From Rhynchobatus australiae (Eukaryota): DNA of 64,000 bases. This document shows, piece by piece, positions 24,996-37,809 of this stretch. How positions within the stretch are numbered: position 1 is the stretch's first letter; each line of letters opens with the position of its first letter. The position numbers were made by a program, and so were the translations under genes. The stretch is taken from positions 106,177,204-106,241,203 of the forward strand of contig JAUZTB010000001.1 in the NCBI GenBank assembly GCA_034780895.1, in the 5' to 3' direction. The notes beneath the pieces are model-generated. The model searched no databases and had not been told where the DNA came from. It saw nothing but the letters and a program-made list of their open reading frames with translations.

Positions 24996-27554
24996 NNNNN
25001 NNNNNNNNNNNNNNNNNNNNNNNNNNNNNNNNNNNNNNNNNNNNNNNNNNNNNNNNNNNNNNNNNNNNNNNNNNNNNNNNNNNNNNNNNNNNNNNTGAGG
25101 AAGTATCCTGACTTCAGTCTTGTACCAGTGTGCTGCACTTGGGTTCTCTGTGAGCTTGCTCTTTGCTCAACATTGTGACAAAAACCCTTACATTTTTTGT
25201 GTATGTTTTAAATAACCCTGAATGTTGACTCTGGAATGTGGTGTCAGGTGTCAGGAATGGGCAATTGGCTGATCCTATATTTTCTTTCCTCTTTACAAAG
25301 TACATTTTCATTGCACCTTAAAGAGAAACTGTTCTAAGCTTCTCTACATAAGGGGGAAAAAGATGAATAATATATTCTAATCTGAAGCAATTGCATACAC
25401 TTTCATTTTCATATTGTACTGACCATGTATGATATTTGTGAATTAGTGAGGCTCCATTATTTTGATCAATTACTGAATAAATCCTTGCAGTTATGCGTTA
25501 GGCTTCTGTTGTCAATAGATGCTGGAATTAGTATAATTATCTAGTGACATGAATTGCTGTCACCATTATAATGAACAGTTGACCACACATCATAGCTCCA
25601 TGTCTGGTTTCATGGGCAATTTACTTTAGCCCCCAAAAGCCCTTTTTCTCATGAAACTGATGGATTTCAGTTTTAAATTTTACATTAGCATTCTCATGCA
25701 AAAGCTGTTAAGCAAGCTAGCAATGTTTGATCAGAACAGAGCACTACCAGACTTGTAGATCGCAAAAATTTGCTTGGAGATAGTATAGAAGGAGTAGATT
25801 TTATATTGCAATGAACACTTCATCAAAGTGGAATGTTGAAGCAAAATAGCAGAATAATAAGTGGATACCTGAATCTCTGGGTTTCCTTTTAACACCTTGT
25901 GGCAAAGTCAAAATGCCTTGCGATTTCCATGTAACAGTAACAATAGGAATAAAATGAACCCACAGTTTTTCATGTAAAAATCCTTGGTACATCCATAAAG
26001 TCTTACTTTGTGCATGTATCGTATTGTTCTGTTGAATTTTTATTTCAGTCTTTTATTTAATCTTTTAGAAGTAATTTTCAAGCACTAAATTCTGAACTTG
26101 TGCAGATTAAACTATTTTTCATGGGATTTTTGACGTTATGTTCCATTTTATCTACATTGTCAGTTTGACAAATGGATCAAATCAAGTAACATGTTCAGTG
26201 ATCAAAAGGCTAATATAGCTGCCAAGTGGAAGCAAAGAATTGAAGCCTGTTTCACATTTTTTTAAAAATCAAAGCGATACTTCCTATATATAAAACATTT
26301 GCAGCCATAACTAATCTTATATAAAATCCCTTCTGATATTTTAACATCGTGCTCATAATAAAAAAAATTATGGCCATCTAAAAAGTAATTATTTTAAATG
26401 AAAGATAAAACAGAAAATAAGAAATGTATGAATTGTTAAAATAACATGACATTGGAGACGAGCAGATCAATCATATAATTTAAAATATGCAATCAAATCA
26501 GATTTAAAGGATGATTCATCGATCCCATTAGGGTGGGGGGGGGAGTCAGTTTGCATTTGCAGGGAATGTATCCCCCAGATTTGGGGATTGCATTCATGGG
26601 GAATGTAGAGAAGAAGCAGCTCTTGCTAACACTGAGACACTCATTGTTAATGCTGTGGCTGAACTGGATTTGGCATGACTGAGAGCTGCAGGGAAAGGCC
26701 ATCCATGCTACCAAGATACCAGACAACACCCTGCATAATTTACTGCTCTTGCATTAGTGCCATTTCCCAGGCTAGATACTGAGGAAATGCAAACTAATAT
26801 TGATGTAGGGCAGCATTGATATGTGGTGTCTGCTGATTGATGTGTGAGCAGTCAAAGGCAACCTTCACCGTGAGAGTCAATATCACAGTTCTTCTCCAGC
26901 TTCTTTCAGCAACTGACTTGGACAGAATGAGCAAGTCTCTCAGCACCTTCCATAACATTTCCTGCTGACTTTGGGAACTTGAACCAATCAAAGAAAGCAA
27001 CAAAAATTTGTAGAACAGCAGCAACATCCAATGGAAACTAACTGCCAACCTATTGCATGTGTTGAATGATCCTTTCTCACAACAATGGTGGGATGGTATG
27101 GGAGAGCAGGGACTTGTTGGTGCCATTTTCCAGTGGCCAAATACATGTACTGCTTTGTGTTTAAGAGAGGCTTTGATTGGAGTACTGAAGTCAATAATGA
27201 GAACATGATGCAGCCCATGGATGTCCTGATTTACCTATTTTGCATATTTCTGGGGGATGTTCAGTGTGTGGTCTCAAATATCCTTATGAGTATGGAACCT
27301 GGTGCAACTTGCAGTACAAGTGTAGAAGCCTGTTCTGGGTGAATATTTGTGACCAGAAAACACCCATGCACAATTAGTTCTGATCAGGATCATCAGGTCT
27401 GTTTCTTGTTTTAAATGTCATGTCCTGGAATCAAATTCATTCTCAGCTCATTAATTCTGTGAGACATTTGTCAAAGAATCATAAAGGCAATTCAATCACA
27501 CAAAGAAAGTTAACACTTTAATATTTATTTATCAGTGAATGCAACACAACGTAC

Positions 27555-27609
27555 TTGTATGAAGATAGCAATAGCAACAAGAAAAATAGCAATAACTGTG
27601 CCCAATATG
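27555..27609 (-). other. Candidate 55-nt exon that could encode a hydrophobic helix
   Basis: Acceptor ttgttatttttctttag, donor CAA|gtacgt. One frame gives ILGTVIAIFLVAIAIFIQ, but all three frames are open and the sequence is low-complexity (TTGCTA repeats). Confidence 0.2.
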
Positions 27610-28431
27610 CTAAAGAAAAATAACAATAATCATACCCATTTTGTTTTAACAATGATGGTAATAACTTCCCAAGAGAATGTAATAACTATGTCCAAAAAGG
27701 CAGATCGNNNNNNNNNNNNNNNNNNNNNNNNNNNNNNNNNNNNNNNNNNNNNNNNNNNNNNNNNNNNNNNNNNNNNNNNNNNNNNNNNNNNNNNNNNNNN
27801 NNNNNNNTAACTATGTCCAAAAAGGCAATAAACAGTCTAAATAGATGGCATACTGAGCCTTGTTTGGCAATTACCAAGTCTTCAGTTTACTGTACATATG
27901 TTGTGATTTGTTCTGTTTGCTTGTAGGGTGGACTGACAGAATGAGAACCTTCTTTCCGATTGTTGTTACAAGTGAATAGTGAGTCTGCCTCTATCGAGCT
28001 GTCCTTATGGAGGGTAGGGGTCACTGTTTCCCAGTAGTATGGCATGGGAGACTGGTACAGTGTGGTATGGTATGGGATACTGCTGGCTCTCCCATACTAG
28101 AATCACTGTTTCCCAGTGGACCATGAGCTTTGTGCCAGTTTTGAGATCTTAATGCTACCTGTATTGTGAAGTGGTTCCCAAGAGATGGGATGTGATCCAC
28201 CTTTCTTAAGGTCTGATTGTAGACCTTTATTGTCAGGGTGCAGCTTGTTTAAGGATCTTTGTCTATGCACAGGTTAAGAATAAGGTCTATTCAGTCATAT
28301 GTTTCTCTGAATGAGTCAATGACGATTTGGGGCTTGGCCTTTAAACTCAGTCACATTGCAAACATCATCTACGTACTGCCACTCAATGAATAAGGTTAGT
28401 GTAACCTTGGTTCTGGAGTGGAGGTGGTAGA

Positions 28432-29125
28432 TTCATAGAGTTATACAACATAGAAACAGCCCATTTGGCCCAACTCCTGCATGCCGGTGTTATCCTAATC
28501 CCATTTGCCTGCATTTGGCTCACATCCCTCTTGACCTTTCCTGTCCATATACCAGTCTGAATGTTTTTTAAATGTTGTGATTGTACCCGCCTCTACCACT
28601 TCATCTGACAGCTCGTTCCATATTCCCACAACCCTCTGTGTGAAAAACCTGCCTCTCAGGTCCCCTTTAAGCCCTTCCCCTCTCACTTTAAGCCCACGTT
28701 CTCTAGTTTTAGACACCCTTAGGCTAGGAAAAAAACTGTATCTATCTACCTAACCTCTGCCCCTCATAAATTTACCAACCTATGAGTCACCCCTCAGCCT
28801 CCTTCACTGCAAGGGAAAAGTCCCAGCTTATCCAATCTCTATTTATAACTCAAGCCTTCCATTCCAGGCAACATTCCTGTGGATCTTTTCTGGACCCTCT
28901 CCAGCTTAATCATATCCTTCCTATAGCACAGTGATCAGAACTGCACATAATACTCCAACTGTGGNNNNNNNNNNNNNNNNNNNNNNNNNNNNNNNNNNNN
29001 NNNNNNNNNNNNNNNNNNNNNNNNNNNNNNNNNNNNNNNNNNNNNNNNNNNNNNNNNNNNNNNNTCCTATAGCACAGTGATCAGAACTGCACATAATACT
29101 CCAACTGTGGCCTAACTAACAATTT
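28432..29125 (-). mobile_element. CR1 LINE 3' portion
   Basis: ORF 28495-28716 (FFTQRVVGIWNEL..VVEAGTITTFKKH.D.YM) plus 3'UTR. The internal gap has duplicated flanks. Confidence 0.9.
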
Positions 29126-29165
29126 GTGTAACTGGTTGAAAAGTTTCCCATTTATCCCCTAGAAC

Positions 29166-30232
29166 CATTAGTGGGGGGTGGGGCACATCATTTCTGTGGA
29201 TATTGCCAGACTGCAAGTTTATTGTAGGTGAGGTGCAGTATTGCTGTGAAAACGACACAGAAAAATATTTGGCCTTCTGTATATATTGCTTAGTTTGTAT
29301 ATTTTATTCCCCTAAAGGCAGGTCATACGTCAAATTTTGGTCATCAGTACACACCCCTCTCCAGTAAAACACTGTCCCGTACAATGCCATGAATGTATTT
29401 TGAGCTTCAGACCATTAACATTGAGATTAGGAGGAAGTCATGGGGTTGGAGCTGTATAAGGTGAATTGAGAATACAAACTGATGCTTTCCTACAATTGTT
29501 GTGAAAGCAGCGAGTGTAAATGAGACATTTTATTGTAATGATTGGATAATTCAGAATTAGTCCCAATCCAGTGCCATGAACATAGGCTGTGGGAGTGCTT
29601 GTCAGAAGTGATGTCTTTCATATATATGTTAAACCCAGAGCCTATTCACTCTCCCAGGTGGATACAAACCATAGTGTACAGCACATGGCCTGTCGGACAA
29701 TTTCCTCAGGCTTGCCTTAGTGAACACCTGCAGGCCCCTGATGCTAACTCCTGATTGGTGAAGTCCTGCGTAGTACATTTAAAAATAATTGAAAACTATT
29801 AACAATTAGTCATTCTCTGGGAAAATTGAAAAATAAGAGTTATTTTCAATTGAAATAATTACAACCTAGAAAACATTCAAATACAATTACATTTATTTAA
29901 ACACACTTGACATAACAATTAAGTGTTTTTAAATTAACTTGTTTTAGATCATTTACATTTTTCTGAAATAATTATCACTTGAGGAGCTGTGCCTCTCTAT
30001 AGAAGTGAATGGAGTCATTAAACATGTGCTAGGCCTGGCTGCTGGAACACTGCAGGAAACTTTGCCAGTGGACTTCACGGGGAGTCTAATATTGAAATGT
30101 ACTCAGGATGAAATGAGCAAGGATCTCCCAGGAAGTTTGCAATTTCCGTGTTTATGTGGGTGTTGCTTTAAGTGTTTTGGCTTGCAGTCTGGCAATATCC
30201 ACAGAAATGGTGTGCCCCACCCCCCACTAATG
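29166..30232. repeat. 52-bp inverted repeat pair (29166-29217 / 30181-30232)
   Basis: 51/52 identical by manual comparison. Confidence 0.95.
29555..29680 (+). mobile_element. DeuSINE 5'/central fragment
   Basis: gggagtgcttgtcagaagtgatgtctttc..tgttaaacc..ctctcccaggtggat parallels 57290-57330. Confidence 0.55.
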
Positions 30233-30490
30233 TAAAAGAACCTGTAGTGCTATTAAGAAGAATAATAGGGTGTCCAGTGTTTTGGCCAAAGTCCTTCAAG
30301 CAACATAATAAAAGCTGATTATTTATGATCATCATTCTGTTGTTTATGAGAGTTTGCTTTGCATAAACTGGCTTCTGGATTTCCTATATTACAGCAGTGA
30401 CTCATTTCCAAAGTACTTAATTGGCTGTGAAATATTTTAGAACATCCCAAAATAGACTTTAAAGGCACTGTGTAAAGTTCTGTACTACTT
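30231..30490 (+). mobile_element. DeuSINE Deu-domain and 3' part
   Basis: tgtaaaaga..gaagaa..tggcca..gattat..tttcctatattacagcagtgact..aaagtacttaattggctgtgaa..aaaggcact. Confidence 0.7.
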
Positions 30491-31185
30491 AAAAGAAGAA
30501 ATATTGCTATATTCGTAAAGTGCTGAAAGATCTGTTATATAATGCACATAGATGGAAAATGGTTTGTTATGAATAGTTGCACCTATGGCAATGCAGATCC
30601 ATTTACAGATGGCTTTCCCAAGGAGATTGTATTGCACAATGGTCTATAATTCTGCTTATTTGCATTTTAACATTTTGTGAAACAAAACGGAACCAAATCA
30701 GTTCCTCACTTCATCATGCAGACCCTAACTAAGAGATCAGTACAAACAGTGATAGATGAGAGCAGTACATACAGCAAAAAAAGGAAAAGTAGTAAGTCTA
30801 CAAAGATCAAGACTTATTATGAAGCACTTTTGCAGGTTTTCTTCTGAGCTATAGATTGACACCACACGGCACAACTCCTGCAGAAATGCTGAAGCACTTG
30901 CATCCAAGTCTAATTCTGCCAAATTTGGAAGGGCAGGTGGAAGAAAGGCTGTTGGATTAAGCAAACATCATAGCACGAGCTGACAGGCAAGAGGTTCAGA
31001 TTACATGATATTGTTTATAAGCTTACACCATTAGGCAGATCAGAAATGAATGAAAAGGACTGTGGAGATATATGTTTCCAAGAGTAAACTCAGAAGATTC
31101 TCAAGGTTTATATTGGCCACCTGATATCAACACAAGGTGGTCAGGAGAGTGGTAAGAAATAGTGATTTGAATATAACTCTGAGCA

Positions 31186-31327
31186 GGCACGGTAGTGTAG
31201 TGGTTAGCATAACGCTATTACAGCGCCAGTGACCCAGGTTCAATTCCTGCCACTGCCTGTGAGGAGTTTGTACGTTCTCCCTGTGTCTGCCCGGGTTTCC
31301 TCTGGGTGCTCCAGTTTCCTCCCACAT
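31186..31327 (+). mobile_element. V-SINE 5' half (runs into a gap)
   Basis: A-box ggtagtgtagtgg, B-box ggttcaattcc (31237-31247), V-domain gggtttcctctgggtgctccagtttcctcccaca. Confidence 0.9.
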
Positions 31328-32279
31328 TCCAAAGACACATGGGTTAGNNNNNNNNNNNNNNNNNNNNNNNNNNNNNNNNNNNNNNNNNNNNNNNNNNNNN
31401 NNNNNNNNNNNNNNNNNNNNNNNNNNNNNNNNNNNNNNNNNNNNNNNCTCTCCTCAGCCACAGGAATGCATTTCACTGTTTTGGACAAGATCCAGATGCA
31501 AATGACTTTCTTATTGCTTCAGTGATTTTACTGATTGTTTCCATGATAGATATAATCTATTTATTCAAATCAACAGCTTTCAGTTTTTAACCTTGGGGAG
31601 CAGATACCTCTTTTCAATCTCTATCTTTATTAACGTATAGGCTGGTGCTTTCAGAATAATAAAAAAGGGAAAAAGTTAAATTCCAATCTTGTGTCTCACC
31701 TTGATTTACCCTTCCATTTTATTTCCATGTCTATTACCTGTTGTCCTTACAGATGGTTGGTTCTTAGCATTTTTTTTATTGTATGTCAGATTTGCTAAAG
31801 AAATGTGTATTTGGATCATGTTCTCTCCTGTAGTGGAGTGTAATCTTGGATAAGTAAATACTTAATACAATAACAGTTTCCTTTATTGCCGTTGATCTAT
31901 GCAGTCTACCAAAGACTCAATATTTCATAGATGGAATTCTTTCAAATGCTTTTCATGTTTTGTTTTAAATACCTTAAGAATTCTGTTTCAAAATACTGTA
32001 GGATCTTGTGAGCTACCCGCAAAGTTTTGTTTACAATGTCTGCTCATGCTTCACCGGTAGATTATTGTTCATGACTATAATTTCCTTTGACCATTTCATT
32101 GCTACTTTGAACTTAACCCCAAAATCTAAATGGACATGATTTATACAAGGGTTTAAGGTAAGTCCCTCCCTGCATATAATTAGGGGAGGAAATATAGCTG
32201 TAAGCAATATGGCAATTGCTTTTGTTGTTGTGATGCGCTATCAGTGGCAGGATTGGTAGGACAGGCAGGGGGTTGGTAG

Positions 32280-32560
32280 GAGCTGCGAATGGAATTGCAC
32301 ATTGTGTCATCATCACTGAACATCCCTGCTTCTGATGCTTTGATGGAAGGAAGGTCATTGATGAAGTAGTTGAATTTGGTTGGGTTTAGGACACTGCTCC
32401 GAGGAACTCCTATAGTGATGTCCTGGAACTGGGATGCTTGACCTCCAACGACCACAGTTCCTTGTGTAACACATTGGAGTGGATTCCCCTTGATGCCCAT
32501 TGACTTTGGATTTACCATAGCTTCATGATACCACACTTGGCCAATGCTGCCTCTCATTTT
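32280..32560 (-). mobile_element. Non-LTR RT core fragment (same CR1/L2-group family as 22935-23700)
   Basis: ORF 32180-32557 contains GVPRSSVLNPTKF..FINDLPS..GMFSDD, the degenerate [10 protein letters not shown] and (Y/F)ADD motifs. Confidence 0.8.
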
Positions 32561-34983
32561 GAGCTATAAGGATATATTTCTTCTGCAGTGAATCGTATAT
32601 ATTCAAAAGCTCTATGTAGTGTGTCTAGGACTATAACCCCTGCGCTCTTCTTCCTTCTAACTCTGGCATTAGTGCTATCCTTCCTTTGCTTGCCCAAACT
32701 TTGATGGCATGGGACAGAAATTCATCAAAGACACATCATTTTCTATTTCCAAAATTCCTCTCCATTAACTATTTGTCCACTTCCTGATCTGCCCAGGTAT
32801 TGGAAGGACAAATTCAGCATTGCTGTGGCATGTGCAATTGCACATTTATTGGTTTTATGGCATTCACTGCAGTGCAGATGGGCTTCACAGGCATGTTTTG
32901 TAAGGGTGGCATTGGCTATGTTTGAACTGGGCGTTCCTTATCTCCTGGCAGCTTTCCCCTAAGTGCACATGAGGAGGAACAGAACCATTGGGGAGCTTAA
33001 CTGTTGCAGGAAGAAAGTATCATAAGGATGCCGAAGGAAGTAACCTTTTGTGGTTCAACAATGCCTGCTCATTGATGGCGTGGAATCTCTGAGCATCATC
33101 TGTGCAAGTACTAAATATCTGCAAAATGAGAAGAAAGTGCAAACAGACTAAATAATACTGTTAAGAACTTGATTGGAACGAAACGTCTTTCCAAAATTCA
33201 AGTAAGAGTACATTTCCATTAAAATTATATGTAGGTGATTAATTTGCTAGAATGTTAACACCTCAATCAATTTTTCTTGCTCTCTTTTCCTGGAGGTACT
33301 GTTCAATTACTGTCCTGCTCTGTTGCATGAAATTCTACAGTTAGCTGAGCCAGCTAATCACCCATGTAGCCACCACTGCAGATGGGTCTGTGCAGTTCAA
33401 TGGGTTGTGAGCCATCCCCTTTAGATTTCAATTTGTGATGCTGAAGCACTAATAATTTTCATATGTTACTGATGTTCCCGAGCCAGATCTGGAGGGTTGC
33501 CAGATAGGATCAGGATACTAATTTCTTTCTTTGTTGGTTGTCCAGTCTCAGCATGCCAGTAGGCTGCTCATCTTATTGTGTTAGAAAATCTTGAAAGGAT
33601 CAAAAGTAAACTCGTACTGGAAGATATGTGTACAAACCCTTTCTCACTAACAGAAACTGCCTAACTATTTGTCTTAGTGTTCCATGAGCTTTATGATTGT
33701 TGTGTTTTTGCCTTGATTTACATAGAAAATGTCAAGAAATCTATGGATATCTCATGAAATTTGGAAGTGTGCTGAAATATTGCTCCATTTGAGAGATTAC
33801 CATGTGATATTAGGAAATTCACCTCTCCCATCAAGGTAGACAACTTAGCACATGCAATTGGGTTGGAGACAGTTTCCATGGATTTAGAGTTTTATTGCAA
33901 ATTTTAACAGTTCCACCGCTATCAACTAATATTGAATATTTTATTTCAACCGGATTAAAATTACTCCACTATATTGAAAAAGATTTGTCACGTGGGAAAG
34001 TGAATACGTTTGTTTCAGGGATCCTGTACCCAGGGGAATTGTGGCAGTGTTAATTATAAGGCCAGTTGGCTAACTTATGGACAAGGAGTGCAAGTATAAG
34101 TTTCTGTGCAGGACAGAGAAACATGTTCAAACTCTGATAAATGAGATGATGGATCTACTGATCTCCTGCTTATAAAAAGGTAGCACTGCTTCACGATAAA
34201 GGCTGATCACAAGGCATGAATATTTAGGCTAGTGATGGGGATAGTGTGTCACGCTTTTTTACTTTCTGTACTTCAACAAAGTTAACAGAAATCAATGGTG
34301 AGATTAACTATACCAATTACTTGCTGAGTAAAGTGAGTTCACCTGCCTTGTCTGAAGGTGAGTAGCTTACATTCTCTTCTACTTCTGCAAGTGAGATGTA
34401 AATAAAATCACATTCAACCATTTTACAATATTTATAGAAGCTGCTCTGGAATTTATTTAACTGCAGGGTATCTCCCTAATATAAGTACAAGCAGTTTTTT
34501 TTACATAGGACTTTATTGGTTGAATTATCAGTTGGTGAAGCCATTTCTCTCCAATAATTGGTAGGAAATGATTGAGGCTAAACAGCAGTTCTTTAGAAGC
34601 TGCCTGTGGCAAATACTTTGCTTGCTTCTTGAGTCAAGTGCACCATAGCTATGCATTGGAATTGCATCTGAATTATTCTATTTCCCTCTCTCACCAGTGG
34701 GGTCAGCTAAAATGACTGCAGAAATGCATAGAAAGAGCAGAGTCACTGGAATGAAACTGCATCATAATGAGAACAAATTTAATGTGAGTAAAGTAACTTC
34801 AGAAAAGAACATGCCGAAAATATCAAATGTCCGATGANNNNNNNNNNNNNNNNNNNNNNNNNNNNNNNNNNNNNNNNNNNNNNNNNNNNNNNNNNNNNNN
34901 NNNNNNNNNNNNNNNNNNNNNNNNNNNNNNNNNNNNNNNNNNNNNNNNNNNNNNNNNNNNNNNNNNNNNNNNNNNNNNNNNNN

Positions 34984-35130
34984 CTGTGCCAAACATGTCC
35001 CTACCTTAGAAATTACTAGGCTTACCCATAGCCCTTTATTTTTCTCAGCTCCATGTACCTATCCAAAAGTCTCTTAAAAGACCCTATCATATCTGCCTCT
35101 ACCACTGTTGCCAGCAGCCCATTCCACTCC
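34984..35130 (-). mobile_element. CR1 3' fragment
   Basis: Close match to 8621-8770. Confidence 0.8.
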
Positions 35131-35231
35131 TTGTCAGTAAAAATTGAATAGTAGTGTTTGCTCTCTTTAGCTATTATTAGCCCCTAAACCTAATCAATGC
35201 CAATCACCCAGGAAAAACTTGGGTTGTTTTA

Positions 35232-36190
35232 GGTTGGACAAACTTGGGTTGTTTTATCTGGAGCGGCGGAGGCTGAGGGGAGATCGGATTGTGGTTTATA
35301 AGATTTTGAGGGGCATTGATAGAGTAGACAGCCGTCTGCTCTGTTGACTACTGGATAAGGTCATGTTACATTAGCTGAAATGTATTCTAGATAGTTGGGT
35401 GCTGTAGATTGCAGATTTTTCTCATAGGGTGGAAATGTCTAATACCAGAGGGTATGCATTTAAGGTGAGAGGAGATAAGTTCAAAGCAGATGTGCAGGGC
35501 AAGTGTTTTTACACAGAGAGTGGTGGGTGCCTGGAATGAGCTGCCAGGGGTGGTGGTGGTGGAGTCCGAAACTATGGTGTTATTTAAGAGGCTCTTGGGC
35601 AGGCACGATAGTGTAGCGGTTAGCGTAACACTATTACAGCGCCAGCGACCTGGGTTCAATTCCGGCCCTGTCTGTAAGGAGTTTGTACATTTCCCCGTGA
35701 CTGCGTGAGTTTCCTCTGGATGCTCCGGTTTCCTGCCACATTCCAAAGATGTATGGGTTAGGAAGCTGTGGGCACGCTATGTTGGCACCGGAAACGTGGC
35801 GACACTTGCGGGCTGCCCCCAGAACAATCTAAACAAATGATGCATTTCACTGTGTGTTTCAACGTGCATGTGACTAATAAANNNNNNNNNNNNNNNNNNN
35901 NNNNNNNNNNNNNNNNNNNNNNNNNNNNNNNNNNNNNNNNNNNNNNNNNNNNNNNNNNNNNNNNNNNNNNNNNNNNNNNNNCAGGGGTGGTGGTGGAGGC
36001 AACTATGAAAGAGACATTCAAGAGGCTCTTAGATTGGCACATTAATGTGCAGGAAATGGAGGGACACGGACATTGTGTAGGCAGGAGGGATTAGTTTAGT
36101 TGGGCATTTGATTACTAATTTAATTAGTTCGGCACAACGTCGTGGGCTGAAGGGCCTGTTCCTGTGCCATACTGTACTATGTTCTATTAT
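35232..36190 (+). mobile_element. CR1 3' region interrupted by a templated insert (35334-35420), a V-SINE and a gap
   Basis: RLDKLGLF..RRLRGD, then FTQRVVGAWNELPGVVV. 3'UTR gggctgaagggcctgttcctgtg..tgttctat. Confidence 0.85.
35602..35881 (+). mobile_element. V-SINE, full length
   Basis: A and B boxes, V-domain, and tail gcatgtgactaataaa. Confidence 0.92.
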
Positions 36191-36804
36191 ACACTTGCTC
36201 ATTATCTAAGTGATCCAACTCTGACAGTACTTATGAATAACTTAAAACAAATTTTTTTTGTGGCCAATAGCAAAACCTTTATTAACCTTCTAAAATTGAA
36301 AGGTATAATGGCCACCTTAATACGAGTCAATTGTTCACCAGATAAGCCCATGTTACATTAGGACGAGCTGAATTGTACTCTAGATAATTGGGTGCTGTAG
36401 ATTGCATATTTTTGAGCTATCACTTGGCTATCTTGCTGAGATGGAAGCGAGGAAACTAATAAAAAAATTAGTTTCTCCCATTTAAATAAAGGCTGTAATG
36501 AGCTTTTCTCAAAACTAATGTTCTACTTGTATTAAAATGCCCATTATACTCAGCTTTTGTAGATCTCATTGCTCCATTGTGGTAAAAGGCAACAAAGACT
36601 TTACTTTTGGGGACAGAATCTTGTTTTAAATTATCCATAAGCCATTATCAGAGATGGATCAATTCGCTGTAGGTAAATTACAATAAAAACTGAAAATATT
36701 CAGCAGCTCAGGCAGCATCTGAGGAAAGTGAAACATTAGTTAATGTTTTAGGCTAAAGATCTATCATAATTATATAATCCTGAGAGATTGGCATTGAATT
36801 GTGT

Positions 36805-37625
36805 CATCACAAGTAGACAGGTTGGTGAATAAGACATCTGGCATGCTTGCTTTTATCAGTCAGTGCACTGAGTATAAAAGTCAGGAAGTCATATTCTAGC
36901 TGTATGAAACTTTAGTTAGTCCACATTTGGAGTACTGTGTGCAGTTCTGGTCACTGCAGGAAGGCCGTGGAGAGGGTGCAGAAGAGGTTCACCAGGATGC
37001 TGCCTGGATTAGAGAATATTAGCTATCAGGAGCGGTTGGACAAACTTGAGTTGTTTTCTCTGGAGCATCGGAGGCTGAGGGGAGACCTGATAGAAGTTTA
37101 TATAATTGAGAGGCTGAAATCCGGTAAATAGAACCTTTTTTTCCAGGGTGGAAATGTCAAATTCTAGAAAGCATGGGTTTAAGGTGAGAGGGGGAGAGTT
37201 TAAAGGAGATGTACGAGGCAAGCTTTTTTTTAACACAGTGACTGGTAGGAGATTGGATTACACTGCCAGTGGCAGTGGTGGAAGCAGATACAACAGCAAC
37301 ATTTAAGAGGCATTTAGACAGGCACATGAACAGACAGGGAATGATGGGATATGGATCATTGGTACTGGTTTATTATTGTCACTTGTACCGAGGTACAGTG
37401 AAAAGCTTGTTTTACAAACTGATTGTACAGGTCAATTCATTACACAGTGCAGTTACATTGAGCTAGTAGAGAGTGCATTGGTGTAGTACAGGTAAAAAAA
37501 AACAGTAACAGTATGCAGTAAAGTGTCCCAGCTACAGAGAAAGTGCAGGTAGGTGGGATTAGTTTTGCTTGTCATCATGGTCGGCGCAGATATTGTGGGC
37601 CGAAGGGACTGTTCCTGTGCTATAA
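36805..37625 (+). mobile_element. CR1 LINE 3' portion with an opposite-strand LINE-tail insert at about 37356-37548
   Basis: ERVQKRFTRMLPGLE..ERLDKLELFSLE.RRLRGDLIEVY. The 3'UTR gggccgaagggactgttcctgtg resumes after the insert, which begins ttggtactggtttattattgtcac. Confidence 0.88.
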
Positions 37626-37809
37626 ATAGTTATAGGAGCCAACAATTCTTACTGTATTGGTAGTCTGCGACTGCATTCCTTCTGCTTGGAGGAATCTCAC
37701 TGGGCAGCCCACTCTCTGTGCAGATTCTGCTGGAGCTCGAGAAGTCAGAATTGCAGCATACGCAAATGCAGTAGTTAATTCATGCACTGCAACAATCAAG
37801 TAATTGAAC

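Noticed and set aside
26790-27340. Possible decayed RT (VKVAFD-like motif)
   Set aside because: A single weak motif, not enough to call a family.
31186-31260. tRNA gene
   Set aside because: The A/B boxes run straight into the V-SINE body, and the unit is repeated at least five times in the window.
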